Source: Alphaproteobacteria bacterium
GTDB lineage: Bacteria; Pseudomonadota; Alphaproteobacteria; UBA828
Assembly (NCBI GenBank): GCA_965262755.1
Contig: OZ253557.1
Location: 2,001,513-2,025,512, forward strand
Direction of reading: 5' to 3'
DNA length: 24,000 nucleotides
Both the position numbers and the translations under genes were made by a program. The notes under the pieces are model-generated. The model ran no database searches, had not been told where the DNA came from, and worked only from the letters and a program-made list of their open reading frames with translations. Shown here piece by piece: positions 7,888 to 15,828 of the stretch (position 1 is its first letter; the number at the start of each line of letters is the position of its first letter).

Positions 7888-8310
7888 GGTGTCGCGCTCC
7901 TCAGCAGAGTGAGTCGGTCGGCGGTAGTGGGTGTGGCTAGGGACCGCGGCGATCCGCCAACTCCGGCAGACGGATGGTTGCGAATTCCGCTTCGTTGAAT
8001 TTCGGGCATACCATAAGACCAGCCGCCGCGCATGAATCGAATGTGTCGTTTCGACGTCGCTGACTACAGAGCAGTCCATGCCGTTGGAGCTGGGTCGCGT
8101 TACTAGCGAGCTTTGTAAACGCCAGCCGTTTAGGGGGCGACATCTCGAAGCATCCCAACAGCGTTGCGACTCGAGAAAAGCATGGCGGCAACGGTGGGGT
8201 GCTCAGCAAAGCAAGTCAACACAGCACAGGCAGAGGGAGAGAAAGTCCCGAGCGCTGGCTCTTCGCCGAGATGGTCGATGCTGTGCCGAGTTCGGTGGGT
8301 GGCGTCGGTG

Positions 8311-8540
8311 CCCAGCAACGCCGCGCGAAAGCGGTCCTTGAGGCACGCGCCGTCGCGGGGCGGGAGGACGCGGGGCAGGGGCTCGGCCTTGACCTTGACC
8401 GTGAGGGAGGTCGGCCCTGGTACTGCGTGCACCAGCGGCCGAGTGGTGCGGAGGCCGGATCCGACCGCGGCCTGGCGCGCCGGCCAGACCGCGCGACGCC
8501 CGATCCCGCTGGACAAATGGCGATGCTGTGCGTACATGCC
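8311..8540 (-). pseudogene. 3-prime remnant of a ComE-like (TPP decarboxylase beta subunit) gene
   Basis: Translation ...GLRTTRPLVHAVPGPTSLTVKVKAEPLPRVLPPRDGACLKDRFRAALL compares with the intact gene ...GLRAALPLVHEAPGPTFLTVKVKAEPLPRVLPPRDGAYLKDRFRTALL. In the DNA core, 8325-8458 versus 14270-14403, I counted 11 mismatches in 134 positions and no indels. The stop codon is lost, and nothing upstream of about codon 125 is present. Confidence 0.8.
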
Positions 8541-8623
8541 GCCATCCCGACTCTGCTCGCTGTGAGGGAGCCGGAACCGTTTCGCGCAGACGCGTGAGCG
8601 TCGCACCAGCTGGGGAGAAACCA

Positions 8624-10114
8624 ATGAACATCAAGACATTGTGCAAGAACGCCGTCCTGGCGCCGCTTGCGGGCGTCGCTGCGCTGGCGCTCGTCGCCGG
8701 AACGGCGCAGGCGGCCGGCGAGTTCGATGGCGTGGAGGTCAACATCATGACCTTCACCGGGCCGCAGATCGCCGAGCCGCTGCAGCGCCGCGCACCGGAC
8801 TTCAACGCCATGACCGGCGCGCAGATCAACATCATCACGGTGCCGTTCTCGGACCTCTACAGCAAGGTGCTGACGGACTGGGCATCGGGCACCAACTCCA
8901 TCGACGCAGCGGTGTTCGCGCCGCAGTGGGCGGTCGACTACATCGTGCCCGGGTTCATGGAGAACCTCAGCGCGCGCGTCGCGGCGGATGAGAATCTCCA
9001 GGAGGACGACATCGCGCCGTTCTTCCGCGAGTTCTCGCAGAAGTTCGCGGGCGACACCTACATGCTCACGCTCGATGGCGACTTCCAGATGGTCTACTAC
9101 CGCTCCGACCTGTTCGCCGAGGCCGGCATTGCGGCACCCGAGACGTGGCAGGACTACATCGCCGCGGCCAAGGCACTCCACGGCCAGGACATGAACGGCG
9201 ACGGCTCGCCGGACTATGGCTCCTGCATCTCCAAGAAGCGCAACGCCCAGGCCTACTGGATGATCCTCTCGGTCGCGAGTGGGTTCCTGCAGTCGCAGGG
9301 GACGTCGCAGGGCATCTTCTTCAACGCCGACACCATGGAGCCGCTGGTCAACAACGATGCCTTCTCCGCCGCCCTCGACGTATACGTCGAGACGACCCAG
9401 TACGGGCCGCCCGACGAGATCAACCTCGACGTGGGCGACACCCGGAGCCTGTTCACCTCGGGGCGCTGCGCGCTGACGATCGACTGGGGCGATATCGGCA
9501 CGCTCGCCATCGACCCCGAGAACTCCCAGGTCATCGACAAGGTGGGCTCGATCATGCTGCCCGGCTCGACGGAGGTGCTCGACCGCGCCACCGGCAAGCT
9601 CGTGCCGTGCGATGCCGAGATCTGCCCCTATGCCATCAACGGGGTCAATCGCGCTCCCTTCGCCGCCTTCGGCGGCTGGTCAGGCGCCATCAACGCCAAA
9701 GCGGACGACAAGGTGAAGGATGCGGCCTACGCCTTCTTCTCCCACATGTCGCAGCCGGCGCAGTCCAACGAGGACGTGACCATCGGCATGACCGGCTTCA
9801 ACCCCTATCGTCTCTCGCAGTTCAGCGATATCGGTGTCTGGGTGAAGGCGGGAATGAGCGAGGCCGCGGCGAATGACTATCTCGGCGCCATTCAAGCCAG
9901 CCTGAACAGCCCGAACATGGTGCTGGACCTGCGTATCCCGAAGAACCAGGCCTACCAGCAGGTGGTGCTCGACAGCTCCATCTCCCGCCTGCTCGCAGGT
10001 GAGATCGACAAGGCGCAGGCGATGCAAGCCATCGAAGACGGCTGGAACGAGCTGAACGAAGAAAACGACGTCGACGATCAGGGCGCAGCCTATCGCGCGA
10101 CGCTCGGCCGTTAG
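8624..10114 (+). CDS. ABC transporter substrate-binding protein (family 1 / CUT1 sugar-type), secreted
   Basis: A GGGGAGA Shine-Dalgarno precedes ATG 8624. The signal peptide is MNIKTLCKNAVLAPLAGVAALALVAGTAQA|AGE. The protein is 496 aa and is followed by two permeases and an ATPase. Confidence 0.85.
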   Translation: MNIKTLCKNAVLAPLAGVAALALVAGTAQAAGEFDGVEVNIMTFTGPQIAEPLQRRAPDFNAMTGAQINIITVPFSDLYSKVLTDWASGTNSIDAAVFAPQWAVDYIVPGFMENLSARVAADENLQEDDIAPFFREFSQKFAGDTYMLTLDGDFQMVYYRSDLFAEAGIAAPETWQDYIAAAKALHGQDMNGDGSPDYGSCISKKRNAQAYWMILSVASGFLQSQGTSQGIFFNADTMEPLVNNDAFSAALDVYVETTQYGPPDEINLDVGDTRSLFTSGRCALTIDWGDIGTLAIDPENSQVIDKVGSIMLPGSTEVLDRATGKLVPCDAEICPYAINGVNRAPFAAFGGWSGAINAKADDKVKDAAYAFFSHMSQPAQSNEDVTIGMTGFNPYRLSQFSDIGVWVKAGMSEAAANDYLGAIQASLNSPNMVLDLRIPKNQAYQQVVLDSSISRLLAGEIDKAQAMQAIEDGWNELNEENDVDDQGAAYRATLGR

Positions 10115-10196
10115 ACGACCCTTCAGGCTCCGGCACGCGCCCAGGCTACTGACCGCGCGCGCCGGAGCCGCTTTGTTCGACTAAGGCGTTCCGGCA

Positions 10197-11321
10197 TTGG
10201 CTTTTCTGGAGGCCCGCGACGGTCGCGACCGCATCGGCGAGTGGGTCGACCGCAATGCCGGCAAGGTGTTCATCCTGCCGGCGGTGCTCACGCTGCTGGC
10301 GTTTTCGTTGTTTCCGCTATTGATCTCGGCCTATCTCACTCTGACCAAGCTGAAATTTTCCTCCGAAGGTTTTCTGCTCAAGTTCGTCAAGTGGCTCAAT
10401 TTCAAGAAGCTGATCTTCGGATCCCAGCAGTATCATCTGCTCGGAACGTTCGATCCCCTGGGCGCCATTGACTGGTTGGTCATCGGCGCGATCTTTGCGC
10501 TCCTGCTCTACTTCTATGTTCGTTATCTGTTTCGGCCTGGCGCGACTGTAGTTGGCGTCATCGGGCGATCCGTTGCCACGCTCGTCGCCGGTGCGTTGAC
10601 CATTCTTCTGGTGTTGACGTTGGGCGGCGGCTTTCCCGGCTCGCTCGTGGTCACACTCTTCTACGTGTTCGTCGGCGTCTCGGTTCAATTCGTTCTGGCG
10701 CTCGGCTTGGCCGTTCTCTGCTCGCAGAATATTTACGGGCGGAACCTGTTTCGCGTGGTCTTCTTTCTGCCGATCATGGTGACGCCCGTCGGCATCGCCT
10801 ACATGTTCCGCATGCTCGCCGACATGCACAAGGGACCCTTCGCCGACATCTGGACCGGGCTCGGGCTCAGCGAATTCGCCTGGGCGTCGGATCCGTGGAC
10901 GGCGCGCATGGTGGTGCTCATCGGCGATACCTGGCAGTGGACGCCGTTCATGTTCATCGTCCTGCTCGCGGCCATCGAGAACCAGCCGCGCGATCAACTC
11001 GAAGCCGCGCGCATCGACGGTGCCGGCGGGTGGCAGTCATTCCGCGACATCACGTGGCCTGCGATCGCGCCGGTCGCCGCGACCATCGTCCTGATCCGCC
11101 TGATCGAGGCCTTCAAGATCATCGATCTGCCCAACGTGCTCACCAATGGCGGCCCCGGAATCGCCACCGAATCCCTCACCCTCCATGCCTTCATCGCCTG
11201 GCGCACGCAGGACCTCGGCGGCTCTGCAGCGGTAGGGTACATGCTGCTGTTCGTAGCGACGGTGACCTGCCTCTCGTTCTTCAACTTCGCGGGCCGGAAG
11301 ACCCGCAGGACCGAGCTGTGA
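10197..11321 (+). CDS. ABC transporter permease (MalF/UgpA-like, binding-protein-dependent transport inner-membrane component)
   Basis: EAA loop EAARIDGAGGWQSFRDITWPAIAP with multiple hydrophobic helices. TTG start as in the ORF track. At 374 aa it is longer than the usual roughly 290 aa because of extra helices after TM1. Confidence 0.85.
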   Translation: MAFLEARDGRDRIGEWVDRNAGKVFILPAVLTLLAFSLFPLLISAYLTLTKLKFSSEGFLLKFVKWLNFKKLIFGSQQYHLLGTFDPLGAIDWLVIGAIFALLLYFYVRYLFRPGATVVGVIGRSVATLVAGALTILLVLTLGGGFPGSLVVTLFYVFVGVSVQFVLALGLAVLCSQNIYGRNLFRVVFFLPIMVTPVGIAYMFRMLADMHKGPFADIWTGLGLSEFAWASDPWTARMVVLIGDTWQWTPFMFIVLLAAIENQPRDQLEAARIDGAGGWQSFRDITWPAIAPVAATIVLIRLIEAFKIIDLPNVLTNGGPGIATESLTLHAFIAWRTQDLGGSAAVGYMLLFVATVTCLSFFNFAGRKTRRTEL

Positions 11322-12370
11322 ACATTCCCGAGCGCACTCTGCTGCGGCGTCTCTTCGTGCAGCACGACCTCACCTCGATGGCGCCGGCCACCAAGGCGCT
11401 CGTTTACACGCTGCTCATCTTCTGGTTTCTGGTGGTGCTGTTCCCGCTCTACTGGCTCTTCATCACGTCGTTCAAGCTGCCGGTCCAGGTCAATGACGGG
11501 CCTGACTTCCTCCCGTACATCGACTTCGCGCCCTCGACCCATGCCTGGCAATACATTCTATTCGAGCTCGGCAACGACACGCTGCGTCCCTATATCAACT
11601 CGGTCATCGTCGCCTTCTCCGCCACGGTGGTTTGCGTGCTGGTCGGCTCGTTCGCGGCCTACGCCCTGGTGCGGATCCAGTACCGGGTCAAGGTCGGCAA
11701 TGTCCTCGGGTTCCTGGTCCTCCTTGGACTCACCGTTTTCGCGGTCGTGAGGCTCGGCGCCCCGTGGTTCGCCGCTGCCGCTGTCGCGATCGTCCTTTTC
11801 ATCCTCTTCGTGACGGCCGTCGGGCGCTATTTCAGGCGCGCGTTCGGCAACGACGACATCCTGTTCTGGATCATTTCCAACCGCATTCTGCCGCCGGTGG
11901 TGGTCGTCCTGCCCATCTATCTCATGTTTCAGCGCGTTGGCCTTCTCGATACGCACATCGCACTGATCGCCACCTATACCGCCATCAACCTGCCCATCGT
12001 CGTCTGGCTGATGCGGGACTTCTTCGCCGGTATCCCGATCGATCTGGAAGAGAGCGCTCAGATCGACGGCGCATCGCGGCTTCGCATCTTCTTCACAATC
12101 GTGCTGCCGCTCGCGCGGCCGGGTCTGGCGGCGACCGCCTTGCTCATCCTCATCCTGGCCTGGAACGAGTACCTGCTCGCGCTCTTCATCTCGACGGCGG
12201 ACGCGCAAACCATGCCGATGCTCGTGGCAGCGCAGAACGCCACACGCGGGCCGCAGTGGTGGTACATGTCGGTGCTGATCGTCATCATGATCGCGCCCAT
12301 CGTGCTCACGGCCGCGCTTCTCCAGCGGCATATCGCACGCGGGCTGCTGGTCGGCGCGATCAAGGGCTGA
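11318..12370 (+). CDS. ABC transporter permease (MalG/UgpE-like)
   Basis: EAA loop EESAQIDGASRLRIFFTIVLPLARPG. The GTG at 11318 overlaps the upstream stop (GTGA), which suggests translational coupling. An alternative start is the ATG for MAPATKAL. The part of track ORF 10895..12370 upstream of 11318 overlaps the previous gene. Confidence 0.85.
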   Translation: MNIPERTLLRRLFVQHDLTSMAPATKALVYTLLIFWFLVVLFPLYWLFITSFKLPVQVNDGPDFLPYIDFAPSTHAWQYILFELGNDTLRPYINSVIVAFSATVVCVLVGSFAAYALVRIQYRVKVGNVLGFLVLLGLTVFAVVRLGAPWFAAAAVAIVLFILFVTAVGRYFRRAFGNDDILFWIISNRILPPVVVVLPIYLMFQRVGLLDTHIALIATYTAINLPIVVWLMRDFFAGIPIDLEESAQIDGASRLRIFFTIVLPLARPGLAATALLILILAWNEYLLALFISTADAQTMPMLVAAQNATRGPQWWYMSVLIVIMIAPIVLTAALLQRHIARGLLVGAIKG

Positions 12371-12388
12371 AGGGCGGGAGATTCGACG

Positions 12389-13441
12389 ATGCGCGTGCGG
12401 ATGATCGATGTGCGCAAGTCCTTCGGTTCGAACGAGGTGGTCAAGAACCTGAGCCTCGACATCGCGGACGGCGAGTTGCTGGTGCTGCTCGGGGAATCCG
12501 GGTGCGGCAAGACCACGGCTCTCCGCATGGTGGCGGGTCTGGAGACCGTGAGCGGGGGCACCATCGAGATCGGCGATCACGACGTGACCAATGTGCTGCC
12601 GAAATATCGCAACGTCGCGATGGTGTTTCAGTCCTACGCCCTCTATCCGCACATGACGGTCGCCAAGAACATCGGCTATCCGCTGAAGCTGCGCGGCACG
12701 CCGGCGGCCGAGCTCGAGGGCGCAGTACGCGCCGCTGCGGAAAAGGTTCATCTGGAGGACCTGCTGCACCGCTATCCGCGCCAGCTTTCCGGCGGCCAGC
12801 GGCAGCGCGTGGCGCTGGCCCGCGCCATGGTGCGCACGCCGTCGGTGTTTCTGATGGACGAGCCGCTCTCCAACCTCGACGCCAAGCTGCGCATTGCCAT
12901 GCGCGTGGAGCTCAAGCGCCTGCAATCGGAGCTCGGCGTGACGACCATTTACGTGACCCATGACCAGGTCGAGGCGATGACGCTCGCGCATAGGGTCGCG
13001 GTGATGGACGAAGGGGTGTTGCAGCAGGTCGCGCCGCCGAAGGAAATCTACGACGACCCCGCCAACCTCTTCGTGGCCCGCTTCATCGGCGCGCCGGCCA
13101 TGAACATCATCGAGGGCACGGTGGAGGACGGCATGTTCACCGTGCAGGACGGCGCGATGCCGCTTTCCGGCGCGGCACCCGGCGGCTCTCTCTATCTCGG
13201 CTTCAGGCCCGAAGACGCCGCGCTCGCGCCGGTGGAGGACGCCATGCTGCGGGCGCGCATCTATTCGACGGAGATGACCGGCAACGAAACGATCGTGACC
13301 TGTCTTCTGAACGAGGAACAGGTGGTTGTGCGCGCCGACAAGGATTTCGAGGCCACGATGGACGCGGCAGTCGGTATCAATCTCGACCCCGCCAAGGCGA
13401 GGCTCTTCGACAGCGACAGCGGCACGAGAATCCGCCGATAG
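12389..13441 (+). CDS. ABC transporter ATP-binding protein (MalK/UgpC-like with a C-terminal TOBE-type domain)
   Basis: Walker [11 protein letters not shown]-loop, signature [14 protein letters not shown] and Walker [19 protein letters not shown] Shine-Dalgarno lies 8 nt upstream. Confidence 0.95.
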   Translation: MRVRMIDVRKSFGSNEVVKNLSLDIADGELLVLLGESGCGKTTALRMVAGLETVSGGTIEIGDHDVTNVLPKYRNVAMVFQSYALYPHMTVAKNIGYPLKLRGTPAAELEGAVRAAAEKVHLEDLLHRYPRQLSGGQRQRVALARAMVRTPSVFLMDEPLSNLDAKLRIAMRVELKRLQSELGVTTIYVTHDQVEAMTLAHRVAVMDEGVLQQVAPPKEIYDDPANLFVARFIGAPAMNIIEGTVEDGMFTVQDGAMPLSGAAPGGSLYLGFRPEDAALAPVEDAMLRARIYSTEMTGNETIVTCLLNEEQVVVRADKDFEATMDAAVGINLDPAKARLFDSDSGTRIRR

Positions 13442-13453
13442 GGGCGGCCACGG

Positions 13454-14080
13454 CTACCAGAGATCAGGCTTGCGGATGGTCGTGCCGGGGATTGGGTCCG
13501 GCAGTTGCGCCTGCTGAAGCACCGCTTTGTTGCGAATGTGGACAGAGAAATCGGCGTGTGCCGTCAGTTGACGCGACGGATGTCGATTTCCCGGCGTCGC
13601 CAGACCGATTCGTTTGCGGTGATGTTGCTTAACCAAGCGCATCGCCTCGGCAATGTCGCTGTCGTTGGTGACGACAATCGCGCAATCGTACGCGTTCAGC
13701 CAGCTGTTGTTCAGCAAATGAACCGCGAGGTTTACGTCCGAGGCTTTCTCCTCGGTCTTGACCACCTTAGCAGTCCGCTGTCGGGCGGTCGGTGCCGCGA
13801 GCGGCAATCTGACGTTGTGACTCAGGAAATGGCCAAAATAGACTTCTATCTCGGGTCGATAGTGTTGTAAGGCGCGGAGGTAAGTGTCTTGCCTCTGTGG
13901 TTTAGACGGATCATTCGGCGTTACCGACACGCGCGCCGTAAAGAATTTGAGGGTCAGAATCTGATGATGCGGTTGGAGCACATTCTGAAAAAGAGCTAAC
14001 AAGTCCAACCATTTCCAAGGCGAACCTTTGAGCGCCCCGTAGTAGAGGTTGAACCCGTCCACATAGACGTAGGTCCGCAC
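13454..14080 (-). CDS. NYN-domain (PIN-like/LabA-like) putative ribonuclease, standalone
   Basis: Motifs seen: VRTYVYVDGFNLYYG, KTEEKASDVNLAVHLL and CAIVVTNDSDIAEA, which are the acidic residues of the NYN fold. The GTG at 14080 has a GGAG Shine-Dalgarno 6 nt upstream. The track start at ATG 14158 would add 26 non-conserved residues. Two 60-nt lines I counted gave 52-53% G+C, against about 80% in a line of the adjacent ComE gene. Confidence 0.8.
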   Translation of the reverse strand: MRTYVYVDGFNLYYGALKGSPWKWLDLLALFQNVLQPHHQILTLKFFTARVSVTPNDPSKPQRQDTYLRALQHYRPEIEVYFGHFLSHNVRLPLAAPTARQRTAKVVKTEEKASDVNLAVHLLNNSWLNAYDCAIVVTNDSDIAEAMRLVKQHHRKRIGLATPGNRHPSRQLTAHADFSVHIRNKAVLQQAQLPDPIPGTTIRKPDLW

Positions 14081-14100
14081 CGAAATCTCCAAATTGAAGA

Positions 14101-14122
14101 CGGGGCCTCCGAGGAGGCCCCG
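14101..14122 (-). terminator. candidate rho-independent terminator downstream of the ComE-like gene
   Basis: CGGGGCCTCC-GA-GGAGGCCCCG forms a 10-bp GC stem. On the minus strand it is followed by TCTTCAATTT. It ends 21 nt before the NYN GTG start. Confidence 0.4.
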
Positions 14123-14192
14123 CGCCCTGCGGTCGAAACCCCAGGGGGAGTTGTCCATGACATATCCCCGATCACGGCGAGGGTCAAGACCG

Positions 14193-14212
14193 GGGGGAGT
14201 GGGCCCTCCCCC
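14193..14212 (-). other. short GC hairpin just after the ComE-like stop
   Basis: GGGGGAG tgggcc CTCCCCC forms a 7-bp stem with a 6-nt loop. Confidence 0.3.
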
Positions 14213-14236
14213 AGGACGGCCGAGAGGGCACTGCGG

Positions 14237-14842
14237 TTAGAGGACGGCGCCCTCTTCCAGCAGTGCGGTGCGAAAGCGGTCCTTGAGGTAGGCGCCGTCG
14301 CGGGGCGGGAGGACGCGGGGCAGGGGCTCCGCCTTGACCTTGACCGTGAGGAAGGTCGGCCCGGGTGCTTCGTGCACCAGCGGCAGCGCGGCGCGGAGGC
14401 CGGCATCGTCCGCGACCTGCCGCGCCTCGGCGAAGCCGCAGGCCGCCGCGGCGGCAGCGAGGTCGGTGCGGTGCGCTGTATGCGTGGGTTGCATCCCGGT
14501 CTCGCCGTGGCGCTCGTTGTCGAGGACGACGAGGGTGAGATTGGGCGGCGCCTGCGTCGCGATGGTGGCGAGGCTCGCGAGGCCCATCAGCATGTCGCCA
14601 TCGCCCGTCAACACCAGCACACGGCGGGCCGGCTGCGCGAGTGCGAGGCCGAGCCCGATCATCGAGGCGTTGCCCATCGCGCCCCAGAGCGAGAAGTGGA
14701 GCGGGTTGTCGCCGAGCGCGGCGCAGTCCCAGGTCGCGGAACCCAGACCGGGGACCACCAGCACGTCGTCGTGCCCGGCGAGAAGCAGCGCCACAGCCGT
14801 GCGCCGGTCGAGGCTCGTCTCGGGCTGCGCCCTGCCGCTCAT
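14237..14842 (-). CDS. TPP-dependent decarboxylase beta subunit (sulfopyruvate/phosphonopyruvate decarboxylase ComE-like, PP domain)
   Basis: Starts at MSGRAQPETSLDRRTAV. The TPP-binding motif is GDGDMLMGLASLATIATQAPPNLTLVVLDNE (GDG-X25-DN). Its ATG overlaps the upstream stop (ATGA). The protein is 201 aa; the rest of track ORF 14237..15121 overlaps ComD. Confidence 0.75.
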   Translation of the reverse strand: MSGRAQPETSLDRRTAVALLLAGHDDVLVVPGLGSATWDCAALGDNPLHFSLWGAMGNASMIGLGLALAQPARRVLVLTGDGDMLMGLASLATIATQAPPNLTLVVLDNERHGETGMQPTHTAHRTDLAAAAAACGFAEARQVADDAGLRAALPLVHEAPGPTFLTVKVKAEPLPRVLPPRDGAYLKDRFRTALLEEGAVL

Positions 14843-15363
14843 CCGTCGAAGCTCTTGGCGCCGATCACGCGCTGGCCGATGAGGACTGCGGCGGCAGCCC
14901 CGCTCTCGAAGGCGAGCGCGGCGGCGGCGCCGATGGTCTCGAACGCGTGCGCCTCGTCGTCCACACGCGAGACGATCACGCCGCATTGTTCGAGGTGGGC
15001 CGCCGACCCCTGGCCCATGGGGAGCTGCCACGGATTGGTCTCGCCCCACTCGCCTCGCATGGTGACGAGGGCGAGGAAGGGGAAGCGGCAGGTGCGGATC
15101 AGCGAGAGCGCGGCGATGCAATTGCCGACTCCGCTCGATTGCATCAGCAGCGCCGCGCGCTCGCCGCCGAGCCAGGCGCCGGCGGCCAGCGCCGGGCCTT
15201 CCTGCTCATGGGCGAGCAGCACCGTCAGCATGGTCTCGTCGGCGGCGCAGAGATCGAGCAGCGCCGAGAGACCGGCATCCGGCACATAGGCGACCTGGCG
15301 CACTCCGGCGGCACGCAGCGCCCGATGGGCGTGGACGCCCCAGCCGGCAGTAGCGCCGCTCAC
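14839..15363 (-). CDS. TPP-dependent decarboxylase alpha subunit (ComD-like, PYR domain)
   Basis: 174 aa with a GTG start. The sequence LRAAGVRQVAYVPDAGLSALLD...HEQEGPALAAGAWLGGERAALLMQSSGVGNCIAAL contains the catalytic Glu of the PYR domain in the HEQEG context. It is coupled to the beta subunit by a 4-nt overlap. Confidence 0.75.
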   Translation of the reverse strand: MSGATAGWGVHAHRALRAAGVRQVAYVPDAGLSALLDLCAADETMLTVLLAHEQEGPALAAGAWLGGERAALLMQSSGVGNCIAALSLIRTCRFPFLALVTMRGEWGETNPWQLPMGQGSAAHLEQCGVIVSRVDDEAHAFETIGAAAALAFESGAAAAVLIGQRVIGAKSFDG

Positions 15364-15409
15364 CGGCGGTCCCGAATGCGAGGATTGTGGAGGTCGCGGC
15401 GCGTGCGGC

Positions 15410-15730
15410 CTACTCGGTGCTGAACTGGCCCTTCGCCTCGTCGAGCAGGCGGTCCATCTGCGTGCGGATCAGTTGATCGTCGGCCTCGATGCCCTTCTGC
15501 GTCAGGTCGCCGCGCACCTTGCGGAGGACATCGTCGTCGCCCGGTTCCTCGAAATCGGCCATGACCACCTGCTTGGCATAGGCCTCGGCATCTTCGCCCG
15601 CGATCCCCATCTTCTCCGCCGCCCACAGGCCGAGAAGCTTGTTGCGCCGGGCGACGACCTTGAACTGAAACTCCTGATCGTGCCTAAACTTTGCCTCGGC
15701 GGCGTTCTTGCGGTCGTCAAACGTGTTCAT
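15410..15730 (-). CDS. DUF1476 protein / zeta-subunit inhibitor of the alphaproteobacterial F1Fo-ATPase
   Basis: MNTFDDRKNAAEAKFRHDQEFQFKVVARRNKLLGLWAAEKMG...DFEEPGDDDVLRKV closely resembles my memory of Paracoccus zeta (MTTFDDRERAHEAKFAHDAELNFKAEARRNRLLGEWAA...DFDEPGDEDVFRKL). Confidence 0.85.
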   Translation of the reverse strand: MNTFDDRKNAAEAKFRHDQEFQFKVVARRNKLLGLWAAEKMGIAGEDAEAYAKQVVMADFEEPGDDDVLRKVRGDLTQKGIEADDQLIRTQMDRLLDEAKGQFSTE

Positions 15731-15828
15731 GCCTCAGGCTCCCAGCCGATGATTGGACGCGCGCCCATTGTGCCAGAGCGGCCCGCGCCGGTCCACGGCG
15801 TGCGGCGCGCATCGGGCGGGGAGGCGGC

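Noticed and set aside
7937-8209. 90-aa minus-strand ORF (and a 68-aa internal version starting MSPPKRLAF...) in the AT-rich orphan region.
   Set aside because: No Shine-Dalgarno, no motif I recognise, and overlapping ORFs of similar length in other frames. I cannot support it as a gene; it remains a candidate only.
8541-14256. Classical integrative island (integrase plus att sites) as the explanation for the repeat-bracketed segment.
   Set aside because: No tyrosine or serine recombinase, excisionase or conjugation gene lies within or next to the bracket. Most of the ABC operon has host-like G+C. The repeat observation is kept as a finding, but the classical-island label is not supported.
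15364-15409. Possible operon linkage zeta-comD-comE-NYN (all on the minus strand).
   Set aside because: A 46-nt gap and a weak Shine-Dalgarno precede comD, and a terminator-like hairpin precedes NYN. Co-transcription cannot be judged from sequence alone, and no functional link is known to me.
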